64,000 bases of DNA from positions 70,356 to 134,355 of the forward strand of contig JAHDQS010000045.1 in NCBI GenBank assembly GCA_018433675.1, given 5' to 3'. Under the pieces are notes generated by a model. The model did not search any database. It saw only the letters and a list, made by a program, of their open reading frames with translations, and was not told where the DNA came from. Shown in pieces: positions 43,153-52,983 of this stretch. Numbering within the stretch: position 1 is the first letter of the stretch; the number at the start of each line of letters is the position of its first letter. Made by a program: the position numbers and the translations under genes. This stretch comes from Clostridia bacterium (GTDB lineage: Bacteria > Bacillota > Peptococcia > DRI-13 > SM3-B62).

Positions 43153-43768
43153 GGGTCATCTGGGATATGACAGATTGTTGCTGGCTACGAGAAACAAGGG
43201 AAAAATGCTGGAGTTGAAGGAACATATAATCGGTATGCCAATTGAAATATTGACAATGGACGATATTTTCGGTATACCTGAAGTTGAAGAGGATGGGGAT
43301 ACATTCCTCGAAAATGCGAAAAAGAAAGCGGTCACAGCGGCAAAAAAAAGCGGACTTTTGACATTAGCTGATGATTCAGGCCTAGCGGTGGATGCTTTAA
43401 ATGGTCTTCCCGGGGTTCACTCGGCTCGCTTCGCCGGGGATGAAAGAAACGATGACCTGAATAACGTGAAGCTGCTGGAAATGCTGAAGGATGTGCCGCC
43501 ATCCCGGAGAACGGCCCGTTTTGTTTGTGCGATTGTTATCGCTACACCCGGAGGGCAGACGTATGCCGCCGAGGGTTTATCTGAAGGAGTAATACTTGAT
43601 AAGCTGAGGGGCACAGGGGGATTTGGCTATGATCCGCTTTTTTATGTGCCGGAATTAAAGAAAACCTTTGCCGAGTTGGATAAGAAGGAGAAAAACCTGG
43701 TCAGCCATCGGGGAAGGGCGCTGCAACAGGCGGCAGGGACACTAAAGATGCTTATTGAGGTAGGATGA
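43142..43768 (+). CDS. rdgB: dITP/XTP pyrophosphatase (RdgB/HAM1 family)
   Basis: [14 protein letters not shown]...ADDSGL.VDALNG.PGV.SAR...FGYDP.F...SHRG. ATG at 43142 after GGAGGAAGGA; overlaps the rph end. Confidence 0.9.
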   Translation: MSSKGHLGYDRLLLATRNKGKMLELKEHIIGMPIEILTMDDIFGIPEVEEDGDTFLENAKKKAVTAAKKSGLLTLADDSGLAVDALNGLPGVHSARFAGDERNDDLNNVKLLEMLKDVPPSRRTARFVCAIVIATPGGQTYAAEGLSEGVILDKLRGTGGFGYDPLFYVPELKKTFAELDKKEKNLVSHRGRALQQAAGTLKMLIEVG

Positions 43769-43785
43769 AGGATGGCGTAAATCGG

Positions 43786-43814
43786 TTGACAGAAAGCGGT
43801 TTTTTTGTTAACAT
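43786..43814 (+). promoter_or_regulatory. sigma-A-type promoter for the tRNA cluster
   Basis: TTGACA, 17 nt, TAACAT, about 25 nt upstream of the first tRNA. Confidence 0.5.
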
Positions 43815-43840
43815 ATCATTTGCTGTATATTGATTATTTT

Positions 43841-43917
43841 GTGCCCATAGCTCAGCTGGATAGAGCAACGGCCTTCTAAGCCGTGAGTCCGGGGTTCGAA
43901 TCCCTGTGGGCACGCCA
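43841..43917 (+). tRNA. tRNA-Arg (anticodon TCT)
   Basis: Cloverleaf with acceptor GTGCCCA/TGGGCAC, anticodon loop CTTCTAA, GGTTCGAATCC T-arm and encoded CCA. Confidence 0.9.
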
Positions 43918-43924
43918 TAAACAT

Positions 43925-44001
43925 GGTGGCTGTGGCGAAGTGGTTAACGCACCGGATTGTGGCTCCGGCACTCGTGGGTTCAAGTCCCATCAGTCACCCC
44001 A
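43925..44001 (+). tRNA. tRNA-His (anticodon GTG)
   Basis: Extra 5' G(-1), anticodon loop TTGTGGC, GGTTCAAGTCC T-arm and encoded CCA. Confidence 0.9.
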
Positions 44002-44020
44002 TACTAAAATACCGTTTTTT

Positions 44021-44095
44021 TGGGGCGTCGCCAAGCGGTAAGGCAACGGACTCTGACTCCGTCATCCGTAGGTTCGAATCCTACCGCCCCAGCCA
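44021..44095 (+). tRNA. tRNA-Gln (anticodon CTG)
   Basis: Acceptor TGGGGCG/CGCCCCA, anticodon loop CTCTGAC, GGTTCGAATCC and encoded CCA. Confidence 0.9.
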
Positions 44096-44110
44096 TTTAA
44101 AATACAATGA

Positions 44111-44186
44111 GGGCCATTAGCTCAGCTGGTAGAGCACCTGACTCTTAATCAGGGTGTCCCGGGTTCGAATCCCTGATGGCCCACCA
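44111..44186 (+). tRNA. tRNA-Lys (anticodon CTT)
   Basis: GGGCCATTAGCTCAGCTGGTAGAGC, anticodon loop CTCTTAA, GGTTCGAATCC and encoded CCA. Confidence 0.9.
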
Positions 44187-44201
44187 TATTTCCCTTGATA
44201 T

Positions 44202-44284
44202 GCGGGAGTGGCGGAACTGGCAGACGCGCTGGATTTAGGTTCCAGTGGGAGACCGTGGGGGTTCAAGTCCCTTCTCCCGCACCA
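44202..44284 (+). tRNA. tRNA-Leu (anticodon TAG)
   Basis: Long variable arm, anticodon loop TTTAGGT, GGTTCAAGTCC and encoded CCA. Confidence 0.9.
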
Positions 44285-44299
44285 TTAGATTGGGTAGAT

Positions 44300-44330
44300 T
44301 AGTGCCAGGTTATCAGCACTAGTTTTTTAT
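44300..44330 (+). terminator. rho-independent terminator after the tRNA cluster
   Basis: TAGTGC-CAGGTTATCA-GCACTA hairpin followed by a T-rich run (GTTTTTTATTATTT). Confidence 0.6.
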
Positions 44331-44447
44331 TATTTGTTTTATTATTTGAATGAAGATAATAATAATTAATTGCCATGCGAATGGATTAAATTGGTTATAC
44401 TGTAGAGGTTATACTTAGAGAAGTTACGATGTATGGGAGGAGAACAA

Positions 44448-45740
44448 ATGAAAGTTACTGCTGAAAGATTGGACAAAACAAGGGCCCAGGTAACTGTGGA
44501 AATATCCGAAGAGGAATTTGAGCCCTCGTTACAAAAGGCTTACCGGATAGTTGTGAAAAAAGTCCAAATTCCGGGGTTTAGAAAAGGAAAAGCACCACGC
44601 CGCATTCTTGAAAATATGTATGGTAGGGAAATACTTTTAGAGGATGCCATCAATGATGCAATTCCCACTGCTTATGCGAAAGCACTTGAGGAGATAAAGG
44701 ATGAATACGTAGCGGTAGGGCAACCGGAATATGACATTGTCCAGGTCGAAAAAGATGAACCTGTCATTTTTAAAGCCGCATTTGATATCAAGCCCGAGGT
44801 GGTTTTGGGGCAATACAAAGGGTTGGAGCTCAAGAAGGAGAAGGTTGACGTAACAAAAGAGCATGTTGATAAAGAGATATCCCTGATGCAGCAGCGTTAT
44901 GCCAAACTGGAAGTTGTGGAAGGTCCTGCACAAGAGGGAGATATAGTGAGTATTGACTTTGAGGGCAGGATCGGCGAAGAAGCATTCCAGGGCGGCAAAG
45001 GGGAAGACTATTCTCTGGAATTAGGTTCAAACACCTTTATTCCAGGCTTTGAGGAACAGGTTGTCGGAATGGCAAAGGATGAAACAAAAGATATTAAGGT
45101 TATGTTTCCCGAAGATTACCAAGCTGAAGAATTGGCAGGAAAGGAAGCAGTATTTACGGTAACAATTAAGGAGATAAAAAGGAAGGAACTGACTGAGCTG
45201 GACGACGAGTTCGCAAAAGACGTATCCGAATTTGCTACAATGCAGGAATTAAGGGATGATATCGAGAATAAATTAAAGGAAGCGGCAGAGAAGAAAGCCG
45301 AGGAAGCATTAAAAGAAAGCGCCGTTAAATTAGCTGCGGAAAGTGCCGAAATAGATGTGCCGCAGTCGATGATAGAAAGCAGGATCGATACATTGGTTGG
45401 GAATTTTGCTCAAGAGATCCAGCGCCAGGGAATACCTTTCGAGTATTATCTTGAGGTCACAAAAAACACTCTTGAGGGGATAAGAGACGGTTATCGTCCC
45501 AATGCGGAAGCTTCGGTACGTTCCGATCTGGTTTTGGAGGCTATAGCGAAGGAAGAAAAAATTGAAGTCACTCCCGAAGATGTTGATGAAGAGATAGAAA
45601 AAATTGCCAAACAGGTTAATCAGGAAAAAGAAAAGGTTCGCGAGATCATGGAAAAGCAGGGACAGATTTCTTCGATAGAATTTGGTATAATGATGACGAA
45701 AGCGGTAGACCTTATAATTGCAGAGGCAAAAGTAGAGTAG
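44448..45740 (+). CDS. tig: trigger factor
   Basis: MKVTAERLDKTRAQVTVEI...IPGFRKGKAPRRI. GGAGGAG lies 7 nt upstream of the ATG at 44448; the track start is 44433. Confidence 0.95.
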   Translation: MKVTAERLDKTRAQVTVEISEEEFEPSLQKAYRIVVKKVQIPGFRKGKAPRRILENMYGREILLEDAINDAIPTAYAKALEEIKDEYVAVGQPEYDIVQVEKDEPVIFKAAFDIKPEVVLGQYKGLELKKEKVDVTKEHVDKEISLMQQRYAKLEVVEGPAQEGDIVSIDFEGRIGEEAFQGGKGEDYSLELGSNTFIPGFEEQVVGMAKDETKDIKVMFPEDYQAEELAGKEAVFTVTIKEIKRKELTELDDEFAKDVSEFATMQELRDDIENKLKEAAEKKAEEALKESAVKLAAESAEIDVPQSMIESRIDTLVGNFAQEIQRQGIPFEYYLEVTKNTLEGIRDGYRPNAEASVRSDLVLEAIAKEEKIEVTPEDVDEEIEKIAKQVNQEKEKVREIMEKQGQISSIEFGIMMTKAVDLIIAEAKVE

Positions 45741-45777
45741 AAAAAAGTGTTAACGGTTCCAAACGGAGGTGTTAGTT

Positions 45778-46419
45778 GTGTATAATAATAAACAGGGCTT
45801 CGACGGTCCGTCTTTGCAGACGCTTGTTCCCATGGTTGTTGAACAGTCAAGCAGGGGCGAGCGTGCTTATGATATATATTCCAGGCTGTTGAAGGACAGA
45901 ATCATTTTTTTGGGTTCGGCAATAGATGATAACGTGGCTAATCTGGTTATTGCTCAGTTATTGTTTTTATACGCGGAAGACCCTGATAAGGATATTTCGC
46001 TGTATATTAACAGCCCGGGCGGTTCTATTACAGCAGGTATGGCTATTTATGACACAATGCAATATATCCGCGCAGATGTGTCGACTATTTGTGTGGGTCT
46101 GGCGGCATCGATGGGGGCATTTTTGTTGGCTGCGGGAGCAAAGGGTAAGCGCTATGCTTTGCCTAATGCGGAGATACTAATCCATCAGCCTTCGGGAGGT
46201 GCCCAAGGGCAGGCTACCGATATTGAAATCCATGCAAAAAGAATCATACACATCAGGGAGAAACTGAATAAGATATTAGCACAGAACACAGGACAGTCAA
46301 TCCAAAGAATACAAGAAGATACAGAGCGAGATCGTTTTATGGATACTGAAGAGGCTAAGAAATATGGTATTATTGACGATTTACTTTTAAGGATTCCTGA
46401 AAACCCCAAGACCAAATAG
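45778..46419 (+). CDS. clpP: ATP-dependent Clp protease proteolytic subunit
   Basis: [30 protein letters not shown]; active-site context [11 protein letters not shown]; HQP. The start is uncertain: GTG at 45778 is 8 nt after GGAGG, and the ATG at 45832 is the alternative. Confidence 0.9.
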   Translation: MYNNKQGFDGPSLQTLVPMVVEQSSRGERAYDIYSRLLKDRIIFLGSAIDDNVANLVIAQLLFLYAEDPDKDISLYINSPGGSITAGMAIYDTMQYIRADVSTICVGLAASMGAFLLAAGAKGKRYALPNAEILIHQPSGGAQGQATDIEIHAKRIIHIREKLNKILAQNTGQSIQRIQEDTERDRFMDTEEAKKYGIIDDLLLRIPENPKTK

Positions 46420-46434
46420 TTAAGAGGTGAAACT

Positions 46435-47697
46435 ATGTACAAATTTGGGGACGAGAAAGGGCAACTGAAGTGTTCTTTTTGTGGCAAAATGCAAGATCAG
46501 GTAAAAAAACTGGTGGCAGGTCCGGGCGTTTACATCTGCGACGAATGTATTGAGCTTTGCAACGAGATAATTGAAGAAGAATTAGCAGAGGACGTTGGTC
46601 TTGATATCGGTGAAATACCGAAACCTAAGGAAATTAAAGATATTCTTGATCAATATGTCATTGATCAGGAACCGGCGAAAAAAACGATGGCAGTTGCCGT
46701 TTATAACCATTATAAACGGATAAACATGGGAATAAGGACAGACGATGTGGAACTGCAAAAGAGTAACATTATTATGCTGGGGCCCACGGGAAGCGGCAAG
46801 ACCTTATTGGCGCAAACCTTGGCACGTATCTTGAATGTTCCTTTTGCTATCGCCGATGCCACATCCCTTACTGAGGCGGGATATGTGGGCGAAGATGTGG
46901 AAAACATCTTACTGAAGCTTATTCAGGCCGCGGATTATGATGTGGAAAAGGCAGAGAAGGGTATAGTATACATTGATGAAATCGACAAGGTTGCCAGGAA
47001 ATCCGAGAACCCCTCGATTACAAGAGATGTTTCCGGTGAAGGGGTGCAACAGGCCCTCCTGAAAATATTGGAGGGAACTGTGGCCAGCGTTCCACCTCAG
47101 GGTGGGCGTAAACACCCTCATCAGGAATTTATTCAGTTGGATACGACCAACATTCTCTTTATCTGTGGAGGAGCCTTTGAAGGTATTGATAAGATTATCC
47201 ATAATCGTATCGGTAAGAAGGTAATGGGCTTTGGCGCAGATATCAAGAGCAAGACGGAAGTCAAGGTGGGGGAGGTTCTCAGCAAGATACTGCCTACGGA
47301 TCTTGTTAAGTATGGGTTGATTCCCGAATTTGTCGGGAGGATGCCGATAGTTGTCACCTTGGATGCTCTTGACGAGAATGCCTTGGTACGCATCTTGACA
47401 GAGCCTAAAAATGCCTTGGTTAAGCAGTACCAGAAGTTTCTCGAGCTTGACAATGTCTCCTTGGAGTTCAAGGCTGATGCACTTCAGGCCATTGCGGCTG
47501 AAGCAATCAAACGAAACACCGGCGCCCGGGGCTTGCGGTCAATAATCGAGTCATTGATGCGCGATGTGATGTATGAGATACCTTCAAGGAGAGACATCAA
47601 CAAGTGCATTGTCACAAAAGAAGTTGTTAAGAACAATGAAGAGCCGTTGCTCGTTACGACCAGTGAACGCAAAAAGAAGAAAGAGGAATCAGCTTAA
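46435..47697 (+). CDS. clpX: ATP-dependent Clp protease ATP-binding subunit ClpX
   Basis: N-terminal zinc finger CSFCGK...CDEC; Walker A GPTGSGKT; IVYIDEIDK. Confidence 0.97.
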   Translation: MYKFGDEKGQLKCSFCGKMQDQVKKLVAGPGVYICDECIELCNEIIEEELAEDVGLDIGEIPKPKEIKDILDQYVIDQEPAKKTMAVAVYNHYKRINMGIRTDDVELQKSNIIMLGPTGSGKTLLAQTLARILNVPFAIADATSLTEAGYVGEDVENILLKLIQAADYDVEKAEKGIVYIDEIDKVARKSENPSITRDVSGEGVQQALLKILEGTVASVPPQGGRKHPHQEFIQLDTTNILFICGGAFEGIDKIIHNRIGKKVMGFGADIKSKTEVKVGEVLSKILPTDLVKYGLIPEFVGRMPIVVTLDALDENALVRILTEPKNALVKQYQKFLELDNVSLEFKADALQAIAAEAIKRNTGARGLRSIIESLMRDVMYEIPSRRDINKCIVTKEVVKNNEEPLLVTTSERKKKKEESA

Positions 47698-47720
47698 AAA
47701 ACAACATAAAGAGTAGATAA

Positions 47721-47745
47721 ATAGCCAGGCATAACGCCTGGCTAT
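47721..47745. terminator. bidirectional terminator hairpin between clpX and the SASP gene
   Basis: Perfect 10-bp stem ATAGCCAGGC / GCCTGGCTAT with a 5-nt loop, between convergent genes. Confidence 0.7.
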
Positions 47746-47757
47746 TGAGCTTCGAAA

Positions 47758-47946
47758 CTAAAGAGGATTAGCATTAGCTGTTGTTAAGTTTCTCTGTGCC
47801 ATTTGGATGGCGGTTTTAACCATGTTGCCGCAGTTGCGGGATGAGACGTTGCCGAAGTCCCCGTCTGCTCGTACCTGATCAAAGAAACCCAACTCCTTGG
47901 CAATTTCCATCTTAAGAGAATCTGACATTACGCGTCCATTTCTCAT
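47758..47946 (-). CDS. alpha/beta-type small acid-soluble spore protein
   Basis: SDSLKMEIAKELGF......NVSSRNCGNMVKTAIQMAQ matches the SASP signature. The ATG at 47946 is preceded by AAAGGAGGA; the track start at 47994 is an upstream extension. Confidence 0.85.
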   Translation of the reverse strand: MRNGRVMSDSLKMEIAKELGFFDQVRADGDFGNVSSRNCGNMVKTAIQMAQRNLTTANANPL

Positions 47947-48113
47947 GGGATGATCCTCCTTTTTTGTTTTTCGGCCCGTTATTATTGTCTGCAAAATAGA
48001 TTTAATAATTTAATAAAAATATTTCCATAGATGTCATTTTTCATAGAAAGGCCGCCGAGGAAATCACGGTGGCTTATTCTGACTTTCCAGCATCGACTTT
48101 TGCCCGAAAAGCA

Positions 48114-48143
48114 GGATAAAAGAGCCTGTGGCAGGCCATAATA
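48114..48143 (+). promoter_or_regulatory. candidate forespore-type (sigma-F/G-like) promoter upstream of lonB
   Basis: GGATA, 18 nt, CATAATA, about 17 nt upstream of the lonB ORF start. By-eye consensus match only. Confidence 0.3.
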
Positions 48144-48159
48144 AGAGCACAGTGGAAAT

Positions 48160-49872
48160 ATGGGAAGTGATGATGTGTTGAACGGGGAATTTGCCGGAAT
48201 ATTTATGATGCTGCAGGTATTTTTTGTTATCGTGATAGGTCTTTATTTTTTAAATCTCTTGCGTGGACAGCAGGGAAGCAAGACGGCTGTTTCTAAAGAA
48301 TCCCGGAAGGAGCTGGACAAACTTGAACGCATGAGGAAGGTGAAACTAAGCCAGCCGTTGGCAGAACGGACCAGGCCCAGCAGCTTTGCCGATATAGTAG
48401 GGCAAGAAGAAGGCATACAGGCTTTGCGGGCGGCTTTATGCGGCCCTAATCCTCAACACATCATAGTTTACGGTCCGCCGGGTGTAGGGAAAACTGCGGC
48501 GGCAAGGCTTGTTTTGGAGGAAGCAAAAAAGAACCCCCTTTCTCCTTTTGACAAAGAAGCAAAATTTTTAGAGGTAGATGGGGCAACTTCCCGTTTTGAC
48601 GAAAGGGGTATTGCCGATCCTTTGATTGGTTCGGTCCATGATCCCATTTATCAGGGAGCGGGGGCAATGGGGGTAGCGGGTATCCCTCAGCCTAAGCCGG
48701 GAGCGGTAACAAAGGCTCACGGAGGAGTGCTGTTCATCGATGAGATCGGGGAGCTTCATCATATGCAGATCAATAAGCTGTTGAAGGTCCTGGAAGACAG
48801 AAAGGTAACGATGGAAAGCGCGTATTACTCCACTGAGGATGCCAATATACCCAGCCATATCCATGATATCTTCCAAAACGGCTTGCCAGCTGATTTTCGT
48901 TTGATTGCGGCAACAACAAGGCAGCCCCAAGAGATTCCGCCGGCGATACGTTCGCGTTGCGTAGAGGTATTTTTTCGTAATCTCCTGCCTCATGAAATAG
49001 GCATTATCGGAAAAAACGGTGCGGATAAAATCGGTGTTCCGGCTGAAAAAGAGGCTTTGGATGTGCTTGTTAAATATGCCAACAACGGTAGGGAGGCAGT
49101 GAATATCATTCAGATTGCCGCCGGTTTGGCCTTGATGAAGAAGAAAAAAGTGATAACAGCTAAAGAAATTGAATGGGTCGTAAACTGCGGACACTATTCG
49201 CCGCGACCGGAGAAAAAGGTGCCGGACGAACCGCAGGTCGGGCAGGTGAGCGGTCTGGCGGTTTACGGATGCAATATGGGCATGCTTTTAGAGATAGAAG
49301 TGTGCGTAATGCCGGTGAATACAACAAACGGCAATATTATTATAACGGGCATCGTCGAAGAAGAGGAAATGCACGCCACGGCTGGATATACCACACGTCG
49401 CAAGAGCATGGCCAAGGGATCGGTGGAGAATGTTTTGACGGTGCTTAGACATAGCTTAGGCTTGGATTGCAGGAACTATGATTTGCATGTAAATTTTCCG
49501 GGGGGTATCCCTGCAGACGGACCGTCGGCAGGGATAGCGATTGCTGTTGCCATTTATTCAGCTATTACTGGGACTCCTGTCGACAACACCGTTGCCATGA
49601 CGGGAGAGCTTTCGATACGGGGTAAGGTAAAGCCGGTGGGAGGAATAGCGGCAAAGGTAGAGGCAGCACGATTAGCGGGTGCGGAAAAGGTGATTATTCC
49701 GCAAGAGAATTGGCAAACGGTTTTTTCTGAGATGGGAATAACAGTGGTTGGCGTTGAGAAGATAGAGGAAGTGATAGAACAAGCGTTATTACCTAAACAT
49801 ACAGAGTGCAATACGGTTGTTAACAATGTGAAGCAAGCGAAACAGAGCCAAGTATGTCCCCTGATTTCGTAG
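48160..49872 (+). CDS. lonB: sporulation protease LonB
   Basis: N-terminal TM helix; [40 protein letters not shown]; C-terminal Lon protease domain DGPSAGIA...K. The start codon is uncertain. Confidence 0.9.
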   Translation: MGSDDVLNGEFAGIFMMLQVFFVIVIGLYFLNLLRGQQGSKTAVSKESRKELDKLERMRKVKLSQPLAERTRPSSFADIVGQEEGIQALRAALCGPNPQHIIVYGPPGVGKTAAARLVLEEAKKNPLSPFDKEAKFLEVDGATSRFDERGIADPLIGSVHDPIYQGAGAMGVAGIPQPKPGAVTKAHGGVLFIDEIGELHHMQINKLLKVLEDRKVTMESAYYSTEDANIPSHIHDIFQNGLPADFRLIAATTRQPQEIPPAIRSRCVEVFFRNLLPHEIGIIGKNGADKIGVPAEKEALDVLVKYANNGREAVNIIQIAAGLALMKKKKVITAKEIEWVVNCGHYSPRPEKKVPDEPQVGQVSGLAVYGCNMGMLLEIEVCVMPVNTTNGNIIITGIVEEEEMHATAGYTTRRKSMAKGSVENVLTVLRHSLGLDCRNYDLHVNFPGGIPADGPSAGIAIAVAIYSAITGTPVDNTVAMTGELSIRGKVKPVGGIAAKVEAARLAGAEKVIIPQENWQTVFSEMGITVVGVEKIEEVIEQALLPKHTECNTVVNNVKQAKQSQVCPLIS

Positions 49873-50045
49873 ATTCATATCTTAACTTTCTTCATAATAC
49901 CCGCCGCATACTCGTGGCCTCAGTCGTGAGTCAGGCGGGCTTAGTTGCTTAAGCCACTATAATTATTGTCTTGTACATGTTAAAATATATATGATGTTGA
50001 ATAAGGGGATAGAATTGTATTATCAGCGGGAGGTGTAATACAAAC

Positions 50046-52382
50046 ATGACAAAAACGGAACAAAATGAACGTACAATGCCGCTGCTTCCCCTGCGAGGTG
50101 TAATGGTCTTTCCATATATGGTCATACACCTTGATGTAGGGCGGGAGAAGTCGATTAAAGCTCTCGAAGAAGCAATGCTCAATGACCGCGAGATATTTTT
50201 AGCTGCCCAAAAGGATGCCCAGCATGATGACCCGCAACAGAATGACATCTATCAAGTCGGCAGCGTAGCTGAAATAAAACAGTTACTAAAACTTCCGGGG
50301 GGCACAATCCGGGTTTTAGTTGAGGGCTTAAGCCGTGGGAAAATTGAAGAATATCTTGAAGAGGAGCCTTATTACCGTGTCAGAATTGTAGAATTTGAGG
50401 AGGATACGGACAAGACTTCGGAGATTACGGCTCTTATGCAAAACCTCATTAGCCAATTTGAGCAATACGTTAAGCTGAGTAAAAGGATTGCTCCGGAGAG
50501 TGTGGTAGGGATTGTTACTATTGAAGAACCACATCGCTTGGCTGACCTTATTGCTGCCCATTTGAACCTGAAAATACCCGATAAACAGGCGCTGCTCGAA
50601 GCGGTAGATATTAAAACCAGGTTAGAAAGGCTGTCTTTGATTATTGCGGGAGAGCTTGAAATTTTGGAACTTGAGCGAAAAATCAACATGCGCGTACGCA
50701 AGCAGATGGAAAAAACTCAGAAGGAATACTACCTGCGGGAGCAAATGAAGGCTATTCAAAAGGAACTGGGGGAAAAGGACGAACGCGGTGTGGAAAATGA
50801 GGAGTATCGTAAGAAGATCAAGGAAGCTGGGTTGACCGGAGAGGTTGAAGAAAAGGCCCTCAAGGAACTGGATAGATTAAACAAGATGCCTCCAATGGTA
50901 GCGGAATCGGCAGTTATCAGGAATTACTTAGATTGGTTGCTGTCCATTCCCTGGAACAAGACAACGGAAGATAAGATAGACATTAAAAGGGCTGAACGAA
51001 TACTCAACGAAGACCATTACGGATTAGAGAAGGCTAAGGAAAGAATCCTGGAATATTTGGCAGTCAGGAAGCTGACGCAAAAAATCAAAGGGCCCATTAT
51101 TTGTTTTGTCGGTCCTCCCGGGGTAGGGAAAACCTCTTTGGCAAAATCGGTGGCCAGGGCTTTGGAACGCAAGTTTGTACGGATGTCTTTAGGCGGAGTG
51201 CGAGACGAAGCCGAAATACGGGGCCATCGGCGGACATACGTAGGAGCGATGCCGGGACGGATTGTGCAAGGACTGAAGAATGCCGGGACGAAGAATCCGG
51301 TTTTTCTCCTTGATGAAGTAGATAAAATGAGCACGGATTTCCGCGGAGACCCTTCTGCCGCTCTTTTGGAAGTGCTCGATCCGGAGCAGAATAATACGTT
51401 CAGTGATCATTACATCGAAGTACCGGTGGATTTATCCCAGGTATTATTTATTACCACTGCCAATGTTTCATATAGCATTCCCCGGCCTTTGCTGGATAGG
51501 ATGGAACTAATCTACATTTCCGGTTATACGGAAGATGATAAGCTGAATATCGCGAAAAGCTATCTCTTGCCCAAGCAGGTTAAGGAGCATGGCTTGAAAA
51601 AAAGTCAGTTTACGCTCAGTGAAAATGCCATCGTTGGGATTATTCGTCTTTACACAAGGGAAGCCGGGGTCAGAAATCTGGAGAGGGAATTAGCCAGTCT
51701 TTGCCGTAAGGCTGCCAAAAAGATTGCCGCGGGAACAAAAAAAAGGGTAAGTATCAACAGTAAAAACCTTGCCGAGTATTTAGGTATCCCACGTTATCGC
51801 TATGGTGTGTCCGAAAAGGAAAACATAGTTGGAGTCGTGACCGGGCTTGGCTGGACCGAGGTAGGCGGAGACGTTTTGAATATCGAGGTTACGATGGTTA
51901 AAGGCAAAGGCAAGCTGACACTTACCGGGAAACTGGGGGACGTAATGAAAGAATCCGCCCAAGCAGGGTTTACCTACGTACGTTCCAGGGCCGAAGAGTT
52001 GGGGATTGCCGAGAGTTCTTACGGGGACTATGATATCCATATCCACGTTCCGGAGGGGGCTATACCAAAAGACGGTCCTTCCGCCGGTATCACCATGGCA
52101 ACTGCTTTGGCTTCCGCTTTGACCAACAGAAAAGTAAAGAGCGAAGTGGCTATGACAGGAGAGATTACTTTGCGGGGACGGGTACTGCCGGTTGGCGGCA
52201 TCAAGGAAAAGGTCTTAGCCGCCCACAGGGCGGGAAGTAAAGTGATTATTTTACCGTCGGAGAATAAAAAGGATTTAGAAGATATCCCTGTAAATATAAA
52301 AAAGAACCTGGAATTTGTTCTGGTCGAACATATGGATCAGGTCCTGGAGGTCGCTTTGGAAGATGAAGGTAAAAAAAGCTGA
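50046..52382 (+). CDS. lon: ATP-dependent protease Lon (LonA)
   Basis: LON N-terminal domain [13 protein letters not shown]; Walker [10 protein letters not shown]; protease [13 protein letters not shown]...K. Confidence 0.97.
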   Translation: MTKTEQNERTMPLLPLRGVMVFPYMVIHLDVGREKSIKALEEAMLNDREIFLAAQKDAQHDDPQQNDIYQVGSVAEIKQLLKLPGGTIRVLVEGLSRGKIEEYLEEEPYYRVRIVEFEEDTDKTSEITALMQNLISQFEQYVKLSKRIAPESVVGIVTIEEPHRLADLIAAHLNLKIPDKQALLEAVDIKTRLERLSLIIAGELEILELERKINMRVRKQMEKTQKEYYLREQMKAIQKELGEKDERGVENEEYRKKIKEAGLTGEVEEKALKELDRLNKMPPMVAESAVIRNYLDWLLSIPWNKTTEDKIDIKRAERILNEDHYGLEKAKERILEYLAVRKLTQKIKGPIICFVGPPGVGKTSLAKSVARALERKFVRMSLGGVRDEAEIRGHRRTYVGAMPGRIVQGLKNAGTKNPVFLLDEVDKMSTDFRGDPSAALLEVLDPEQNNTFSDHYIEVPVDLSQVLFITTANVSYSIPRPLLDRMELIYISGYTEDDKLNIAKSYLLPKQVKEHGLKKSQFTLSENAIVGIIRLYTREAGVRNLERELASLCRKAAKKIAAGTKKRVSINSKNLAEYLGIPRYRYGVSEKENIVGVVTGLGWTEVGGDVLNIEVTMVKGKGKLTLTGKLGDVMKESAQAGFTYVRSRAEELGIAESSYGDYDIHIHVPEGAIPKDGPSAGITMATALASALTNRKVKSEVAMTGEITLRGRVLPVGGIKEKVLAAHRAGSKVIILPSENKKDLEDIPVNIKKNLEFVLVEHMDQVLEVALEDEGKKS

Positions 52383-52956
52383 ATACATTATTAGTGCCGT
52401 CGGGCCTGGGCAGTATCCTGACGGCGAACAACCGGAAATTGCCCTGCTCGGGCGTTCAAATGTGGGCAAATCTTCATTGATTAACAAGTTTGTCAACAGA
52501 AAAAACCTGGCACGTACCAGCAGTCGTCCCGGAAAAACACAGGCCATAAATTTTTATCACATCAACGAGGCCTGGTATTTCGTTGACCTTCCGGGTTACG
52601 GTTTTGCGAAGGTATCAAAGGAGCAAAAGGCGGTCTGGGGTAAGTTCATTAACGAGTACTTATCTTCTCGGGAACAATTAGCCGGTCTTATTCAAATTGT
52701 TGACCTTCGACATCCGCCCTCCGCAGACGATGTAACGATGTACGAGTGGGTTGTGGCCTCGGGTATTCCCTATCTGATTGTTGCGACCAAGGCTGATAAG
52801 ATTTCCCGGGGGCAGTGGCAAAAGCATGAAATGATTATTCGAAAAAGGCTGAATGCCTCGAAGGATGCTTCTGTTGTGTTGTTTTCGTCCATATCCGGAT
52901 CAGGAAGTGAAGAGTTGGGAGGCTGGTTGGAGAAACTGTTAGAGGAGATTAATTAA
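52363..52956 (+). CDS. engB: ribosome biogenesis GTPase EngB/YsxC
   Basis: [12 protein letters not shown]; DLPGYGFA; TKADK. The ATG at 52363 overlaps the lon 3' end. Confidence 0.92.
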   Translation: MKVKKAEYIISAVGPGQYPDGEQPEIALLGRSNVGKSSLINKFVNRKNLARTSSRPGKTQAINFYHINEAWYFVDLPGYGFAKVSKEQKAVWGKFINEYLSSREQLAGLIQIVDLRHPPSADDVTMYEWVVASGIPYLIVATKADKISRGQWQKHEMIIRKRLNASKDASVVLFSSISGSGSEELGGWLEKLLEEIN

Positions 52957-52960
52957 AAAA

Positions 52961-52983
52961 AGCCGTAGCTTTTTGCTACAGCT
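52961..52983. terminator. possible bidirectional terminator hairpin
   Basis: AGCCGTAGC-TTTTT-GCTACAGCT between convergent genes, preceded by an A-run. The stem is short and overlaps the minus-strand stop codon. Confidence 0.35.

Noticed and set aside
43769-43800. A terminator after rdgB (AATCGGTTGACAGAAAGCGGTTTTTTT).
   Set aside because: No stable stem can be drawn. The T-run lies within the spacer of the TTGACA/TAACAT promoter for the tRNA cluster.
43808-44120. ORFs 43808-43990 (minus) and 43923-44120 (plus).
   Set aside because: They are read across five cloverleaf tRNA genes, so they are not protein-coding.
44298-44322. Possible CIRCE (HrcA) operator upstream of tig/clpP, because of TTAGTGC-N10-GCACTA.
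   Set aside because: The CIRCE arms are TTAGCACTC/GAGTGCTAA. The sequence and spacing here differ, and a T-run follows directly. It reads better as the tRNA-operon terminator.
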